Below are positions 26,901 through 41,900 of a DNA stretch of 64,000 nt, piece after piece. Under the pieces are notes generated by a model that saw only the letters and a program-made list of their open reading frames with translations, was not told the origin of the DNA and did no database searches. Numbering within the stretch: the first letter of the stretch is position 1; each line of letters opens with the position of its first letter. The position numbers and the translations under genes were made by a program. The stretch spans positions 186,806,001 through 186,870,000 of the forward strand of contig CM059427.1 of assembly GCA_030390025.1 (NCBI GenBank), given 5' to 3'. This stretch comes from Squalus acanthias (Eukaryota).

Positions 26901-29900
26901 GCCCTGTGCAGCATCAGGTGGGTGAGGAGAAGGTTGGCGCTCCTGTTGTTGCTGCTGCTGTTTTGCCTGGTTCTGCTGCTGCCGCGGCTGCTCTTTCTCC
27001 TAATCTGAGGACCAGGATGACAGGGTATAAATGGTTCCCATGCTGCTGGTAGATATGTCAGTTGAGGAATAGAAGTTATAAGCGCTCAATCAATTTGGGG
27101 AGAGGGTTTTTCCAGGAGGTCACAGTGGAGATGGATCTCAGCTTCACCACTTACAAGATCAGTAGATCTGCAAAAAGTTTTCCAAGACCTGAAAAACAAA
27201 GTTGTGTCATCTGTAAGTGAGCCTTGTTGCGAGCTCTGTTTTGATGCTGGAGCTGCAGCTGTCAAGAAGTCAGCCACTTGGTGAACCCGGTACAATCAGC
27301 TGGAGTGGTTTGGGAACGGCGTGGAACACGCAGAAAATGCGGAAAAATCAAAAACTGCTGTTAAAATAGGCTTATCCAGGCAGTTAACAAACTTGGTGGT
27401 GGGACTGATCTGGACTCTGGGAGCCTGCATTTGGCAAAGTGGCGTGGAGGCGGGTTGACGGCGGGATCGGACCCTGCCATCAATCAAAGCGATTTTACCC
27501 CTGACTCACCTCCAAACCCGCCCTCTGAGCGCCGGCAAAATCGCGGCCTCTGGGCTAGTCTTGCTGAGAAAATGTGAAGGCTTTAGCAGAAAGAGAGAAA
27601 AATAAAGAATGAGTACAGGTATAAAATCTGTGAAAAATGTTAAATACAGAAGAGACAGATGTTCACTGTGAAAAAACTACAGGTTGCCACCAACTGAAAC
27701 AACAGCGACCTTGCTGTTAAAGTGGGCCAGGCCCACGGAGCAGACGCGTGTCGATTTTACATGGGGGAGGTGAGCACTGGAGGTAGAATTTTGCCAAAAC
27801 TCATGAAATTCAGCATGGGATTTTCTTTGAATAATTATTCCATGTAAATAAGGATGGCACTTGCCTGAAGGAACCATATTTAAAACATCGCAAAATTGTA
27901 CAACCTGCAGCCGCCACCAGCAGGACTCCATGTCGCTGGCCCAGCCTCCGAATATTGGGCCTGTGATGTCATGGCGTCATCCATGGGACAAAAAACACAA
28001 CTTGTTAAAAATCATAAAGTTTTAATTTTTTATAAATTTCTGTTTTATTTTGTGATTTGAACTCACCCAAGCTGTACAATTTTTAAACAGTTCATAGCTT
28101 TGACAAATGAAGTTGTGATGATCAAAATACAAAGTATTTTTATATAATTGTGCCTGGTAATTATTCTGGCTTTTCTCTGTTCCTCAGCAACCAGAAAATT
28201 CTAACACGTTGTTCTCTGTCTCTGTATTGCAGATTTATATGGGAAGCGTTACACACTTTATCGATCAGGCACAGATCACAGTGAACTCGACCTGATTTGC
28301 TATTATGCTTCTTCTTACAACACTGCTGCATGGACCTGGAGGTCACGTCATCTTCAAAATCAGGAGAAAGAAATAGCATCTGCTTCGATATCTCAGCTCA
28401 TCAATGTAGACAGGACCTACTTTGGGAGTCGACTGGTGCCCACAGAGACAAAGTTTAATGGCAAGAAGTTCAGTGTGAGGATTGTCCCTGTGCTGTTTGA
28501 AGATGCAGGAGTTTACACATGTTCTCTGGGACCACATAAAATGATGACCATTAAACTAATCACAGTTAAAGGTAGGAGACAGAATGCTGCCGTTGTTTTC
28601 AATGATCAAGTTATTGTTTAAAATCTAAATGATTTTCTTGTTTCCGCAGTCACAGCTGGACCATCTGATGCAATGACTGAGGGAGACACCGTTACCCTGA
28701 CCTGCTCTGTCTCTGATGTCACTGAATCAATGAGAGTTGTTTGGATCAGTCGTGATGGCAAAACTGTTGGAGAAAAAACATTGAATGGACAGAATGGGGA
28801 AGAGAAATCATTGAGACTGATTATTCCGAAAGCTGACAGAGGCAAAGGGAACTGGATATGCGCTTTGTTTCATCAAAACAGGCCGCGGGTTTTAGTCCCA
28901 TACTATCTGGAGCCCAGAGGTAAGTGACTCAGGGTTTGCTCTTTATATTTATAATCTCGATAGAAAATTCTTATCACTTATTGTTCTTGTTGCCAGAAGT
29001 AGCCCCTCCTTTATATCCTGTGTGTGAGGCTCCACAGTGGGGCAGAGCCTCAGAAAATCTACCCTGAGATAAATACTGTGGCTACAAGGGCAGGTCAGAT
29101 GCTGGGGATTCTGCGATGAGTGACTCACCTCCTGACTCCCCAAAGCCTTTCCACCAACTACAAAGCACAAGTCAAGAGTGTAATGGAATCCTCTCCACTT
29201 GCCTGGATGAGTGCAGCTCCAACAGCACTCAAGAAGCAAAGCTTCAAATTCAGAATTCCCATGTGGGCTCCCTGTACACCAACCCTGTCCTGCAACATCA
29301 CCTGCTCTCTACATCCTGTTAAATAAAGTGAATTCTCAACAACACTCAAGAAGCTCAACATCACCCGGGACAAAGCAATCCGCTTTATTGGCAGCCCCTC
29401 CACCAGCTCCACCACCGGCGCAACGTGACTGTAGTGGGGACCATTTACAAGATGCACTGCTGCAAATCACCAAGGCTTCTTCACCAGCACCTCCCAAACA
29501 CCCAAACTCTACCAACTAGAAGGACAAGGGCAGCAGGTGCTTGGGAACACCACCACCTCCAAGTTTCCCTTCAAGTCACACACAATCCTGACTTGGGAAT
29601 ATATCACCATTCCCTCATTGTCGCTGGGTCAAAATCCCGGAACTCCCTACCTAACAACACTGTGGGAATATCTTCACCACACGGACTGCACAGGTTCAAG
29701 AAGGCGGCTCAACACCACCTTCTCAAGGGCAATTAGGGATGGGCAATAAATGCTGGCCCTGCCAGCAACGTCCACATCCCGTGAATGAAAAAAAAAACTC
29801 AGCACAGCCTGGGATTGAGCTCGGAACGTACCTGGTCTGTGTCTCAACTACACTCTTGGTAAACAGTCTGAGACAGGGCATGTTTTTTTTGACAGCAGAG

Positions 29901-32900
29901 TGGTACAGAAGCTGTTTCGATTGGTTTTCTGACCCAGAATCAATCAGAATACTGAGGCAGAATGTTAAAAAGAAATCACAGCAAAAAGTCATTCTCAGCT
30001 GCAAACATTACAATTGAAAGTCTCCACTATTCAGACTCAGAGAAACTCTTCTCTGCCTGTCTCAGCTCATCCTGGAAACATCGGAGCCTCATCACTCTCA
30101 TTCTAACTGAGGGCTCGTGCATTGTGAGCGCAAGAGCAGTAAACTCGAGGCTGCAGAGCCACTGGCCCGTATTATAATATATGTAAATTAGCTCATTTGG
30201 GAACTGCACCGGTAGATCATGGGAAGAGACAAAGGGCTCGATTTTGCCAGGCCCGAGGAGGCGGGAATGGAGGCGTGTGGGGTGTTAAAATTGCAAACAA
30301 TGGTGGGCGGGCCCGACCCCGCCTCCATCCCGCCTCCGAGCAATTTTCCCAAATGCGTGGTTTCTGATCCCGTCTCCGTCCCACCTCCAAGAGGTGGGAT
30401 AGGCCATTAAGGCCCTTAACAACCACTTAATTGCCTCTATAATCCCATTTTGAGAGGCCTTTCTGATTTTAAGACTTTTCCGACGTGATGCACGCCTCCT
30501 CTGAAACACGACGGTGAACCCTGGCGGGAGCACACTTGGATTGCTGACTATCAGCTGCAGGTCCACTATTAAGAAGGAGATTTTATCAATCATCATTCTG
30601 GGGGAACTTTTAGCAGTCATAACCATTGTTGTGGAACTTTGGAGCCTGGAGTAGTAGAACCAGTAGTAGTAGTGGTGGTGGTGGTGGTGGTGGTGAAAAA
30701 TTGTGGGAGCAGACTTCGGTCTCCTGCTGCTCATTTTGCCTCCAGGTCCCTCTCACAGCAAAGGCCAAAAGCTTTCCAGTCTTTGCAGACCTTAAATGCA
30801 GCAGCAAAGATGACATCATCAGAGGCGACTTTCAGACTGAAAAAACTAATTGGGTCATGGGTTCCCACATGCTGGAACTCAATTGCCCAATTAGGGGAAA
30901 ATCGAATAATTCTCCCACAACCAATTGAAGTCGGGTGGCTAACACGAAAAGTGAATGACACGACCCCTGCCCACCCCAATGACAAAATCGAGCCCAAAAT
31001 GTCCCAGGGGATTCAGGAGCATTGATTTTAACGGGAAAAACAAAGGAAACAAGCTTCTTCCCCACTTTGATCTAAAAAAAGTTACACTGCGAGTGCGGAA
31101 TTGCTAAATTTAGTCAGTGAGCACTTGAGGTCCCCCTCAGGAACAAATCATGTGCAGAATTCTGTAAGCTGCAACTGAAAAAAGCAGAGACAATGCCACC
31201 CTGGAGCCAAGCCGAACATCCACATATGTGAGTTTGTGAACATGCAGTGTGCAGATAACTTGTGTTGGCAGCTTGCTCGATGTGCATTTAGATGTGCAAT
31301 GTTAATGGGCATTTGGAAAGTGGGTGAAAAGCTGCCAGATATCTTTGCAATTTCCCACCTTCATGCTCCATCAAGCTTGCAGTGAAGTACTGCATTGTAA
31401 AAGTAAGATTGCAAAAGGAGGCAAAGTGTGAGCAGGTTTATCTTAGCAACGCTTGGGAGATCAGCAAATGTCTCCCTCATCTACTCCTCGATTGCTAAGC
31501 AGTGTGTAAGATGGGGGAGAGGAGGGAGCAGAGGAGGCAGAGGCTGCCTTGATTTTGGACAAAAAAGTCTTTCAGGATTGGAGGCGGGTCGGGAATGAAA
31601 GTTGAAATAACTTGGAGCTGGTTGGGAACCCGCCGTCATCCTGCCTCTACGCACCTTTCCCTCAGCCACGTTTGCCAGCGCGGCAGCGACCCTAACGGCA
31701 GAGGCAGCCCAGCTAATTTAGATGATTATTAGGACTTGTCGAACCCTTAATTGTCTTTTTAACCCGACCTTTCAAATTTCCCTGGATGACCACGGGAATC
31801 ACGCAGCTCAGGAATCACCTCTGTGAACCTGAGCCGGAAGTTCAGTGGCCATTGATCCAGCTCATTAGTGCACAGCATGGAAAGCACAATAATTACTCCC
31901 ACCTGAAACCTGCTTACTTTGCTAAGGCAGGTGCTGTTGCTGACTGCATTGTCAGCACAGATTTAGCTTTCTAGAGGTTGCAAGTGTTTTCAACAAAGTT
32001 GGGATCCACTGTCACCTCATTGGTAGAACCTATCACACCATTGACAGATTGCTTCTGTCATCTCCACTGACCTGCCATCTATTACATAAGCATGGGTGCC
32101 ATTTATACTGTCTCACCTTGGTCCTGAGAATAGGATCACGATGAGCCCCAACACCAGCAGCACCAGGCACACCAGCAGCACCAACAATCACACCAGCAAC
32201 CTTCCCCTCACCAACCTGATGCTGCATAGGACAGAGGGCATCAGAGCTGCAATACGCCGGAGACGATACCCACAACACAGGGTATACAGGCAGAGGATGA
32301 GCTTCCTCAACATAACTGAGCAGCAGTGCCAAAGGAGGCTCAAGCTATGGCGCCAGGTCATCGCAGACATTTGCAGATTGCTGGAGCAAAACCTGCAGCC
32401 CAGAGGACCTGGTGGACACACCTTACCAGTGGCTGTCAAAGTCACCAGCGTCCTCAACTTCTTCACCTCAGGCTCCTTCAGGGATCTGCAGCAGACATTT
32501 GCGGCATCTCACAGTTGGCCGCCCACAGATGCATCACACACATCACCGATGCCCTTTTTACAATTCAGAGAATTATATCAACTTTGCCACTGATGAAGCC
32601 AGTGTTACTGAGTGGGTGCTCGGCTTTGCCACTCTGGCCGGCTTCCCACGGGTGCAGGGCATCATCGACTGCACACATGTGGCCATCAGGGCACCCCATC
32701 AACACCCAGGAATGTTTGTGAACCGCAAGGGCTTCCACTCCCTCAATATGCAGCTCATCTCCAATCATAGGAAGATCATCATGCATGTGTGCGCCAAATT
32801 GCCTGGCAGCTGCCATGACTCTTTTGTCCTGCGCCAGTCCACCCTCCCTCAGCTCTTCGCTGCTCTAAAAAGACTTTCCAGCTGGCTGCTTGGAGACAAG

Positions 32901-35900
32901 GGCTATCCACTGAAGACGTGGCTCATGACACCCTTGAGGAGGCCAAGTTCTGAGGCCCAGGAGAGATATAATGAAAGACACAGTTCCACCAGCTGTGTCA
33001 TAGAGCAGACAATGGGCATGCTGAAAATGCACTTCAGATGCCTTGACAGATCTGGAGGAGCCCTTCCGCATGCACCAGCCAGGGTCTCCCGAATCATCGT
33101 GATCTGCTGCGCCCCGCACAACATAGCGCAGCATGAGGATTAGCGCTGCATGAGGAGTAAGGCACTGAGCGCTCAGCCTCTTCAGAGGAGGAGGAGGAGG
33201 AGGACGTACTTGCAGTCCAGATCCCACCATCACCCGAGCACATTGCTGCTCGGGAGGCCAGGGATAGTCTCATCATTTCCAGATTTACTTAACTTTACAC
33301 AGTACACCCATATGGCTGCCATATGCTGCACCAGGTTCCCAACACCCAACACCAACACCATAAAGCATCCCTACAATGACCAAGCCATTCCTTTCACACT
33401 GACCCCCATTGCTGGAGGTAACGTTATGTCTCACCATTCACTCCAACTCACTAAGCCACTTCCAAAGTTACAGACAGGTTTCGTCATGACCGGAAAGTGG
33501 TGAAAATAATAATTTTTTTCTGTGACATCAGATTAGCGGAAACTTCACACAGTTATTAAAACACCCAAGTGCTTACCCTTGTGAATCTCCTTGTGTGTAA
33601 TCTTTCATTACGCGTGCTTCTATGAGGTGCTACCCCTAAAGCTTCAGCAGAGGTAGAGGCAGGCTGCTCACTTCTCTGCTGTGACTGCACAGACACTTTT
33701 GGCAGATGTCCTCTAGGTCGAGGAGCCTGCGATGGCCCCAGCGAAGTCTGCTCCTCCTGCGACTGTGCAGGGGCAGACTTGGCCATCGCGATCCCAGGAG
33801 GCATGTGGGGCTCTGACTGAGGGGGAGGCAACATGGGAGAAGTACGAGCGCTTTGAGTGGAGCCCCCACTTCCATGTCCCCTCTCACCATCATCCCTCTC
33901 ATGAGCCACCCACACATCCCTGCCAGCAAGGAGATGGACAGCAGGTTGATAAAAGCAGCTGGTTGTATCGAAATATATATTTCCTTCCTCTTCCTTATCT
34001 ATCTTGGTCACATCGTGCGCAGGCACTGGGTTCAACTTCCAGATGTTTGTTGAGGACCCCCAGCTCTCCCTCTCCACCATTTCCCATAACCCCCACGACT
34101 ACCTTTGGTCTTCAGCCTTCAGCCACAGTCTGAAATTACCACTAAATATCTCCACCTCTCCATTTCTCCGCGCCCCTTTAAAAACATTCTCCAAACCCTT
34201 TTTTTTCAATGTTTAGTCATATCTCCTAACTTTCACATCATTGCTTGTTGTCTTTTGATCCTTTTACCTCTTTCCCCCTCTGTGTAAACAGTCATGGAAC
34301 GTGTTCTTCATCAAAAGTGCTAGAAATATAAGCTTTTGTTAAACCTTTGAGGGCTAAGAAACTACCTGAGAAATAATGATCCATTATTGTAAGTGTATCT
34401 ATAGGAAAGTGATTTTTTTCTTTACAACTGGGTGTTTATGTGTTGTGTCACTTCTGAAATGAATTACAACTAACAACTTACTGAAAACAAATTGTCTGCA
34501 GTATTAATAATTACACAGATCGGATTGAGAAGTTGCTGTCTGATTTTAAAATGTTGGTTCTCCTTTCTTGCAGGAAGCCAGAATTGTATTGATTTTTTCC
34601 ATCAGGAAGGCAACTTTGCATTGAAAGGCCCGGACAATCCTGGAAATGGCTCCATTGTCTGGGAATGGAGACCACACTCAGGGCAACAAACTACAAAGCA
34701 ATTGGGAACTTTCCACCGAGAAGATCAGCAGTGGGCCGTACAATGGAGCGAGGAGTACAATAATATACCAGGAATTTCTCAGAGGATACATGAGGACTGG
34801 GGTACCCTTAATCTGAGAATCAGAAACCCCACCTTTGAACTTGCGGGATTGTTCACCTGGACTCAGACACAGCCCAGTAAGAAAATCCTGAAACAGTATG
34901 AAGTATTTGGGATCAAAGGTAAGTAGCACAACAAATGGAAAGGATTCAATCATATGATTTTTTTGTGAGTAAATCCACAAATATTCTGAACAGAATGTTG
35001 GGATGATGTCCTGATCCTCCAGTTCTATCACTCAGCCCAGAATGAATCTCTCATTAAAAGCAGCCAGGTGGGTAAAATTCCTCTGTTCATTAGAACTAGT
35101 GGATGCACTAAGGGCTAGTAATTTTGATAGTTAGCACTAGCATGTTGTTGTAATTTTTGTCCATCCTTCTAAAATTCCTGAGACAATGACCTTGGAGGAG
35201 GATGGAGCGGGTGGCGATGGTGTGGAATTCGTGGCGAGGGCCGAAGACGATGGCTTCAGTCTCCCAAATATTTAACTGGAGGAAATTGTGGCTCATTCTA
35301 GACTAGGTGTTAGACAAGTGATCTGACAGCACAGAGGCAGTGGAGGGATTCATAGAATCATAGGATCATAGAATTTTACAGCACAGAAGGCGGCCATTCA
35401 TCCCATCTTGTCCGTGCCGGACGACAAAGGCTATCCAGCCTAATCCCACTTTCCAGCACTTGGTCCATATCCTTGTAGTTTACAGCACTTCAACTGCACA
35501 TCCAAGTACTTTTTAAATGTGGTGAGGGTTTCTGCCTCTACCACCCTTTCAGGCAGTGAGTTCCGGATCCCACCACCCTCTGGGTGAAAAAATTTCTCCT
35601 CAAATCCCCTCTAAACCTTCCACCAATTACTTTAATTCTCTGGCCCCTGGTTATCGACCCCTCTGCTTAGGGAAATAGGTCCTTCCTATCCACTCTATCT
35701 AGGCCAGTCATAATTTTATACACCTCAATTAGGTCTCCCCTCAGCATCCTCTGTTCCAAAGAAAATAACCCTAGCCTATACAATCTTTCCTCATAGCTAA
35801 AATTCCTCAGCCCAGGCATCATCCTCGTAATTCTCCGCTGCACCCTCTCTACTGCAATCACATATTTTCTGTAATGTGGTGACCAGAACTGTACGCAGTA

Positions 35901-38900
35901 TTCCAGCTGCGGCCTAACCAGTACTTTATACAGTTCAAGCATAACCTATATGCCTCGGCTGATAAAGGCAAGTATCCCGTATGCCTTCTTAACCACCTTA
36001 TCTACCTGTCTTGCTACCTTCAGGGATCTGTGGACATGCACTCCAAGGTCCCTCTGATCTTCTGCACTTCTCAGTGTCCTATCATTTATTGTGTATTTCC
36101 TTGCCTTCTTAGCCCTCCCCAGATGAATTACCTCAAACTTCACTGGATTGAATTCCATTTGCCACTGTTCTGCCCACCTGACCAATCCATTGATATCTTC
36201 CTGCAGTCTACAGCCTTCTTCTTCATTATCAACCACATGGCCAATTTTTGTATCATCTGCAAACTTCTTCATCATACTTCCTACATTCAAGTCCAAATCA
36301 TTGATATATACCACAAACAGCAAAGGACCCAGTACTGAGACATGCGGAACCCTACTGCAAACAGCCTTCCAGTCACAAAAACACCCTTCGACCATTACCC
36401 TTTGTTTCCTACCTCTGAGCCGATTTTGGATCCAACTTGCCACTTAGCCTTAGATCCCATGGGCTTTTACTTCCATGACCAGTCTGCCATGTGGGACCTT
36501 ATCAAAAGCCTTGCTAAAATCCATATAGACTACATCAAATGCACTAACCTCATTGACCCTCCTTGTTACTTCCTCAAAAAATTCAATCAAGTTAGTCAGA
36601 CACGACCTTCCCTTAACAAATCCATGCTGACTGTTCCTGATTAATCCGTGTCTTTCTAAATGAAGATTTATCCTGTCCTTCAGAATTTTTTCAAATAATT
36701 TTCCTACCACTGAGGTTAGGCTAACTGGCCTGTAATAACTCTGTCTATCCCTTTCTCCCTTTTTAAACAACGTACCACATTAGCAGTCCTCCAGTCCTCT
36801 GGCACCACACCTGTAGACAGAGAGGATTGGAAAATGATGGTCAGAGCCTCTGCTATTTCCTCTCTTACTTCTCTTAACAGTCTGGGATACATTTCATCTA
36901 GGACTGGGGATTTATCCAATTTCAAAAATGATAAACCTCTTAATACTTCCTCTTTCACTATGTTTATTTCATCTAATATTTCACACTCCTCCTCCCTGAT
37001 TGCAATTTCTGCATCGACCCTCTCTTTTGTGAAAACAGACACAAAGTATTCATTAAGAATCACACCCTTGTCTTCTGCATCCACACACAGGTTACCTTTA
37101 TGATCCCTTCTTTATGGGAGGGTTTAAACTAAAATGGCAGGGGGTTGGGAACCTGTGCAGGGAGACAGAGGAAAGGGAAGCAAGGATAGAAGCAAAAGAC
37201 AGGAAGGAGAAAAGCAAAAGTGGAAGTCAGAGAAATCAAGGGTGCAAATCAAACATGGCCACAGTAAACAATAATTCTAAAAGATCTAAGAGTGATAAAA
37301 AAACAAGCCTGAAGGCTTTGTGTCTTAATGCGAGGTGCATTCATAATAAGGTGGATGAATTAGCTGTGCAAATAGATGTAAACGGATATGATATAATTGG
37401 GATTACGGAGACATGGCTCCAGGGTGACCAAGGCTGGGAATTCAACATCCAGGTGTATTCAATATTCAGGAAGGACAGGCAAAAAGGAAAAGGAGGTGGG
37501 ATAGCATTGCTGGTTAAAGAGGAGATTAACACAATAGTAAGGAAGGATATTAGCTCTGATGATGTGAAATCTGTATGGGTAGAGCTGAGAAATACCAAGG
37601 AGCAGAAAACGTTAGTGGGAGTTGCATACAGACCCCCAAACAGTAATGCTGAGGCTGGGGATGGCATTAAATGGGAAATTAGAGATGCGTGCAATAAGGG
37701 CTCAGCAGTTATCATGAGTGACTTTAATCTACATATAGATTGGGCTAACCAAATTAGTAACAATACTGTGGAAGAGGAATTCCTAGAGTGTATACGGGAT
37801 GGTTTACTGGACCAATATGTCAGGGAACCAACTAGAGATCAAGTCATCTTGGACTGGGTATTATGTAATGAGAAAGGATTAATTAGCAATCTTGTTGTGC
37901 GAGGCCCCTTGGGGAGGAGCGATCATAATATGCTAGAATTCTTCATTAAGATGGAGTGTGAAATAGTAGTTGACTCAGAGACTAGGATACTGAATTTAAA
38001 TAAAGGAAACTACGATGGTATGAGGCACGAGTTGGCTAGGATGGATTGGGGAATGTTACTTAAAGGGTTGACGGTGGATAGGCAATGGCAAACATTTAAA
38101 GATCGCATGGATGAACTACAGAATTTGTTCATCCCTGTTTGGCATAAAAATAAAACAAAAAAGGTGACTCAACCGTGGCTAACAAGGGAAATTAGGGATA
38201 GCATAAGATCCAAGGAGAGGACATATAAATTGGCCAGAAAAAGCAGCAAACCTGAGGATTGGGAGCAGTTTAGGATTCAGCAAAGGTGGACAAAGGGATT
38301 AATTAAGAGGGGGAAAATAGAGTATAAGAGTAAGCTTTCAGGGAACATAAAAACTGACTGTAAAAGCTTCTATAGATATATGAAGAGAAAAAGATTGGTG
38401 AAGTCAAGTGTAGGTCCCTTGCAGTCAGAATCAGGAGAATTTATAATGGGGAACAAAGAAATGGCTAACCAATTAAATGCATACTTTGGTTCTGTCTTCA
38501 CAAAGGAGATCATCATTAAACTCCCAGAGATGTCGGAGAACATAGGGTCTAATGAGAGGGAGGAACTGAATGAAATCAGTATTTGTAGGGAAATGCTGTT
38601 AGGGAAATTGACGGGATTGAAGGCCGATAAATCCCCAGGGACCTGATAATCTACATCCTAGGGTACTTAAGGAAGTGGCCCTAGAAATAATAGATGCATT
38701 GCTGGTCATCTTCCAAAATTCTATCGACTCTGGAACAGTTCCCATGGATTGGAGGGCAGCTAATGTAACCCCACTATTTAAAAAAGGTAGTAGAGAGAAA
38801 ATGGAGTATTATAGATCGGTAAGCCTAACATCGGTAGTGGGGAAAATGATAGAGTCCATCATAAAAGATGAAATAGCAGAGCACTTGGAAAACAGTGACA

Positions 38901-41900
38901 GGATCGGACAAAGTCAACATGGATTTACAAAAGGTAAATCATGCTTGACTAATCTACTGGAATCTTTTGAGGATGTAACTGGTAGAATAGATAAGGAAGA
39001 ACCAGTGGATGTGGTGTATTTGGACTTTCAGAAGGCTTTCGATAAGGTCCCGCATAAGAGATCAGCGTGCAAAGTTAAAGCACATGGGATTGGGGGTAAG
39101 GTACTGACTTGGATAGAAAACTGTTTGGCAGACAGGAAGCAAAGAGTTGGAATAAATGGGTCTTTTTCCGAGTGGGAGGCAGTGACTAGTGGGGTACTGC
39201 AGGGATCGGTGCTAGGACCCCAGATATTCACAATATATATTATTGATCTAGATGAGGGAACTAGATGTAATATCTCCAAGAGGGGCGAAAAACATTAATA
39301 GGAGTGGTATATAGGCCTCCAAATAGTAAAATAGAGGTTGGGGAGGGCATCACGAGGGAAATTAGAGAAGCGTGCAATAAGAGCACAGCTGTCATCATAG
39401 GTGACTTTAACTTGCATATAGATTGGAATAGCCTAATCAGTAAAAATAATGAGGAGGAGGAATTCCTTGAGTGTTTAAGGGATGGTTATCTGGATCAATA
39501 TGTCGAGGAACCAACTCGGGAACAGGCTATATTGGACTGGGTACTGTGCAATGAGAAGGGACTAATTAGTAATCTTGTTGTACGGGGACCCTTGGGTCAG
39601 AGCGATCATAACATGATCGATTTCTCACTCGAAATGGAGAGCGAAGAAATTGACTCAGATACTAAGGTCCTGAATTTAAACAAGGGGAATTATGATGCCA
39701 TTAGACGGGAACTGAGCAGGTCTGATTGGACAACGTTCCTGGGAGGACTGGAGGTAGATAAACAATGGCAAGCATTTAAAGGTAGAATGACAAAATTGCA
39801 AAAATTGTTTATACCAATCTGGCATAAAAGGAAATCTAAAAAGGTGACTCAACCGTGGATAACAGGGGAAATTAGAGACAGCATAAAATCCAAAGATAGG
39901 GCGTATAAATTAGCCAAAAAAAGCGCCAGAGCGGAAGATTGGGAACAGTTTAAGATAGAGCAAAGGAGGACAAAGGGCTTAATCAAGAGGGGCAAAATAG
40001 CTTACGAAAGCAAGCTGGCGGAAAATATAAAAACTAACTCCAAAAGCTTTTATAAGTATATCAAGAGGAAAAGACTGGTGAAAACCAAAGTTGGCCCATT
40101 GCAGTCAGATACGGGGGAATATATAACGGGAAATAAAGAAATGGCAGACCAACTAAATGCATACTTTGGGTCAGTCTTTACGAAGGAAGACACAAAAAAC
40201 CTCCCTGGGATATCGGGAAAAATAGGGACATTTGCAAAGGAGGAACTGACGCAAGTCAATATCTCTAAGGATATGGTGTTAAGGAAGCTAAAGGGATTGA
40301 AGGCGGACAAATCCCCAGGGCCTGATAACATGCATCCTAGGGTGCTGAAGGAGGTGGCCCTAGAGATAGCGGATGCACTAAGTATGATTTTTCAGAATTC
40401 ATTAGACTCGGGAACAGTGCCCATGGATTGGAGGGTAGCTAACGTTACCCCACTATTCAAAAAGGGGGGTAGGGAAAAAGCAGGTAATTACAGACCTGTA
40501 AGCCTTACATCAGTTGTGGGCAAAATGCTGGAGTCCATCATTAAGGATGAAATAGCGGAGCACTTAGCAAATGGGGACAGGATAGGACAGAGTCAACATG
40601 GATTTACAAAGGGTAAATCGTGCTTGACTAATCTATTGGAATTTTTTGAGGGAGTAACTGGTAAAATAGATGGGGGAGAGCCAGTAGATGTGGTGTACCT
40701 GGACTTCCAAAAGGCCTTCGATAAGGTCCCACATAAAAGATTAGCAGGGAAAATTGAAGCTCATGGGATAAAGGGGAAAGTATTGACGTGGATAGAGAAC
40801 TGGCTGTCAGATAGAAAACAGAGAGTTGGAATAAACGGCTCATTTTCTGAATGGCTGGCAGTAACAAGTGGGGTACCACAGGGATCTGTCCTGGGTCCCC
40901 AGCTGTTCACAATTTACATTAATGACCTGGATCAGGGAGTCGGATGCAGCATTTCCAAATTTGCAGACGACACTAAACTAGGAGGAGGGGTGGGCTCAGA
41001 GGAGGAGACCAGGAAGCTCCAGAGCGATTTGGACAGACTGGGTGATTGGGCGGATAAATGGCAGATGCACTATAATGTGGACAAGTGCGAAGTTATCCAC
41101 CTTGGGTGCAGGAACGGGAGGGCAAATTATTATTTAAATGGCAATAAATTGGGAGAGGGGGAAGTACAGAGAGACCTGGGTGTTCTTGTACACCAGTCAC
41201 TGAAGGCGAGCATGCAGGTGCAACAGGCGATCAAGAAGGCAAACGGTATGCTGGCCTTCATAGCAAAAGGGTTGGAATACAGGAACAGGGATACCTTGCT
41301 GCAGCTGTACAGGGCACTGGTGAGACCACACCTCGAGTACTGTGTACAGTTTTGGTCGCCTCATCTGAGGAAAGATGTTCTTGCCATGGAGGGGGTGCAG
41401 CGGCGATTCACCAGGCTGATACCAGGAATGGCGGGATTGACCTATGAGGAGAGACTATGTAGTTTAGGGATGTACACACTGGAGTTTAGAAGATTGAGAG
41501 GGGACCTCATAGAAGTGTATAAAATTCTGACAGGTCTAGACAGACTCGATGCAGAAGGAATGTTTCCCTTGGCGGGTGAGAACAGAACTAGAGGACATAA
41601 TTTAAGGATAAGGGCTAAACCATTTAGGACAGAAATGAGGGGGAATTTCTTCACTCAGAGGGTGGTGAACCTGTGGAACTCATTGCCACAGAGGGCAGTG
41701 TACGCCAGCTCATTAAATATATTTAAGAGGGAATTAGATATATTTCTACAGGCAAAAGGGGTTAAGGGTTACGGAGAGAAGGCGGGGACGGGATACTGAA
41801 TTGGAGGATCAGCCATGATCTCATTAAATGGCGGAGCAGGCTCGAAGGGCCGGATGGCCTACTCCTGCTCCTATCTTCTATGTATCTATGTATCTATGTT

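Noticed and set aside
28277-28320. CACAGTG heptamers in D3/D7 as RAG recombination signals
   Set aside because: They lie inside coding sequence with no nonamer at 12/23 spacing, and the V exons are complete with splice donors.
30285-30734. Poly-His/Tyr ORF on the - strand
   Set aside because: Produced by a (GTG)n/(GTA)n microsatellite inside a MITE.
32096-33143. Domesticated HARBI1 gene
   Set aside because: Frameshifted, intronic and accompanied by related decayed copies; an ordinary Harbinger transposase.
28920-34573. Two tandem 4-domain genes instead of one
   Set aside because: No TM, tail or leader exon was found between D4 and D5 and the phases are compatible. Not excluded without transcripts.
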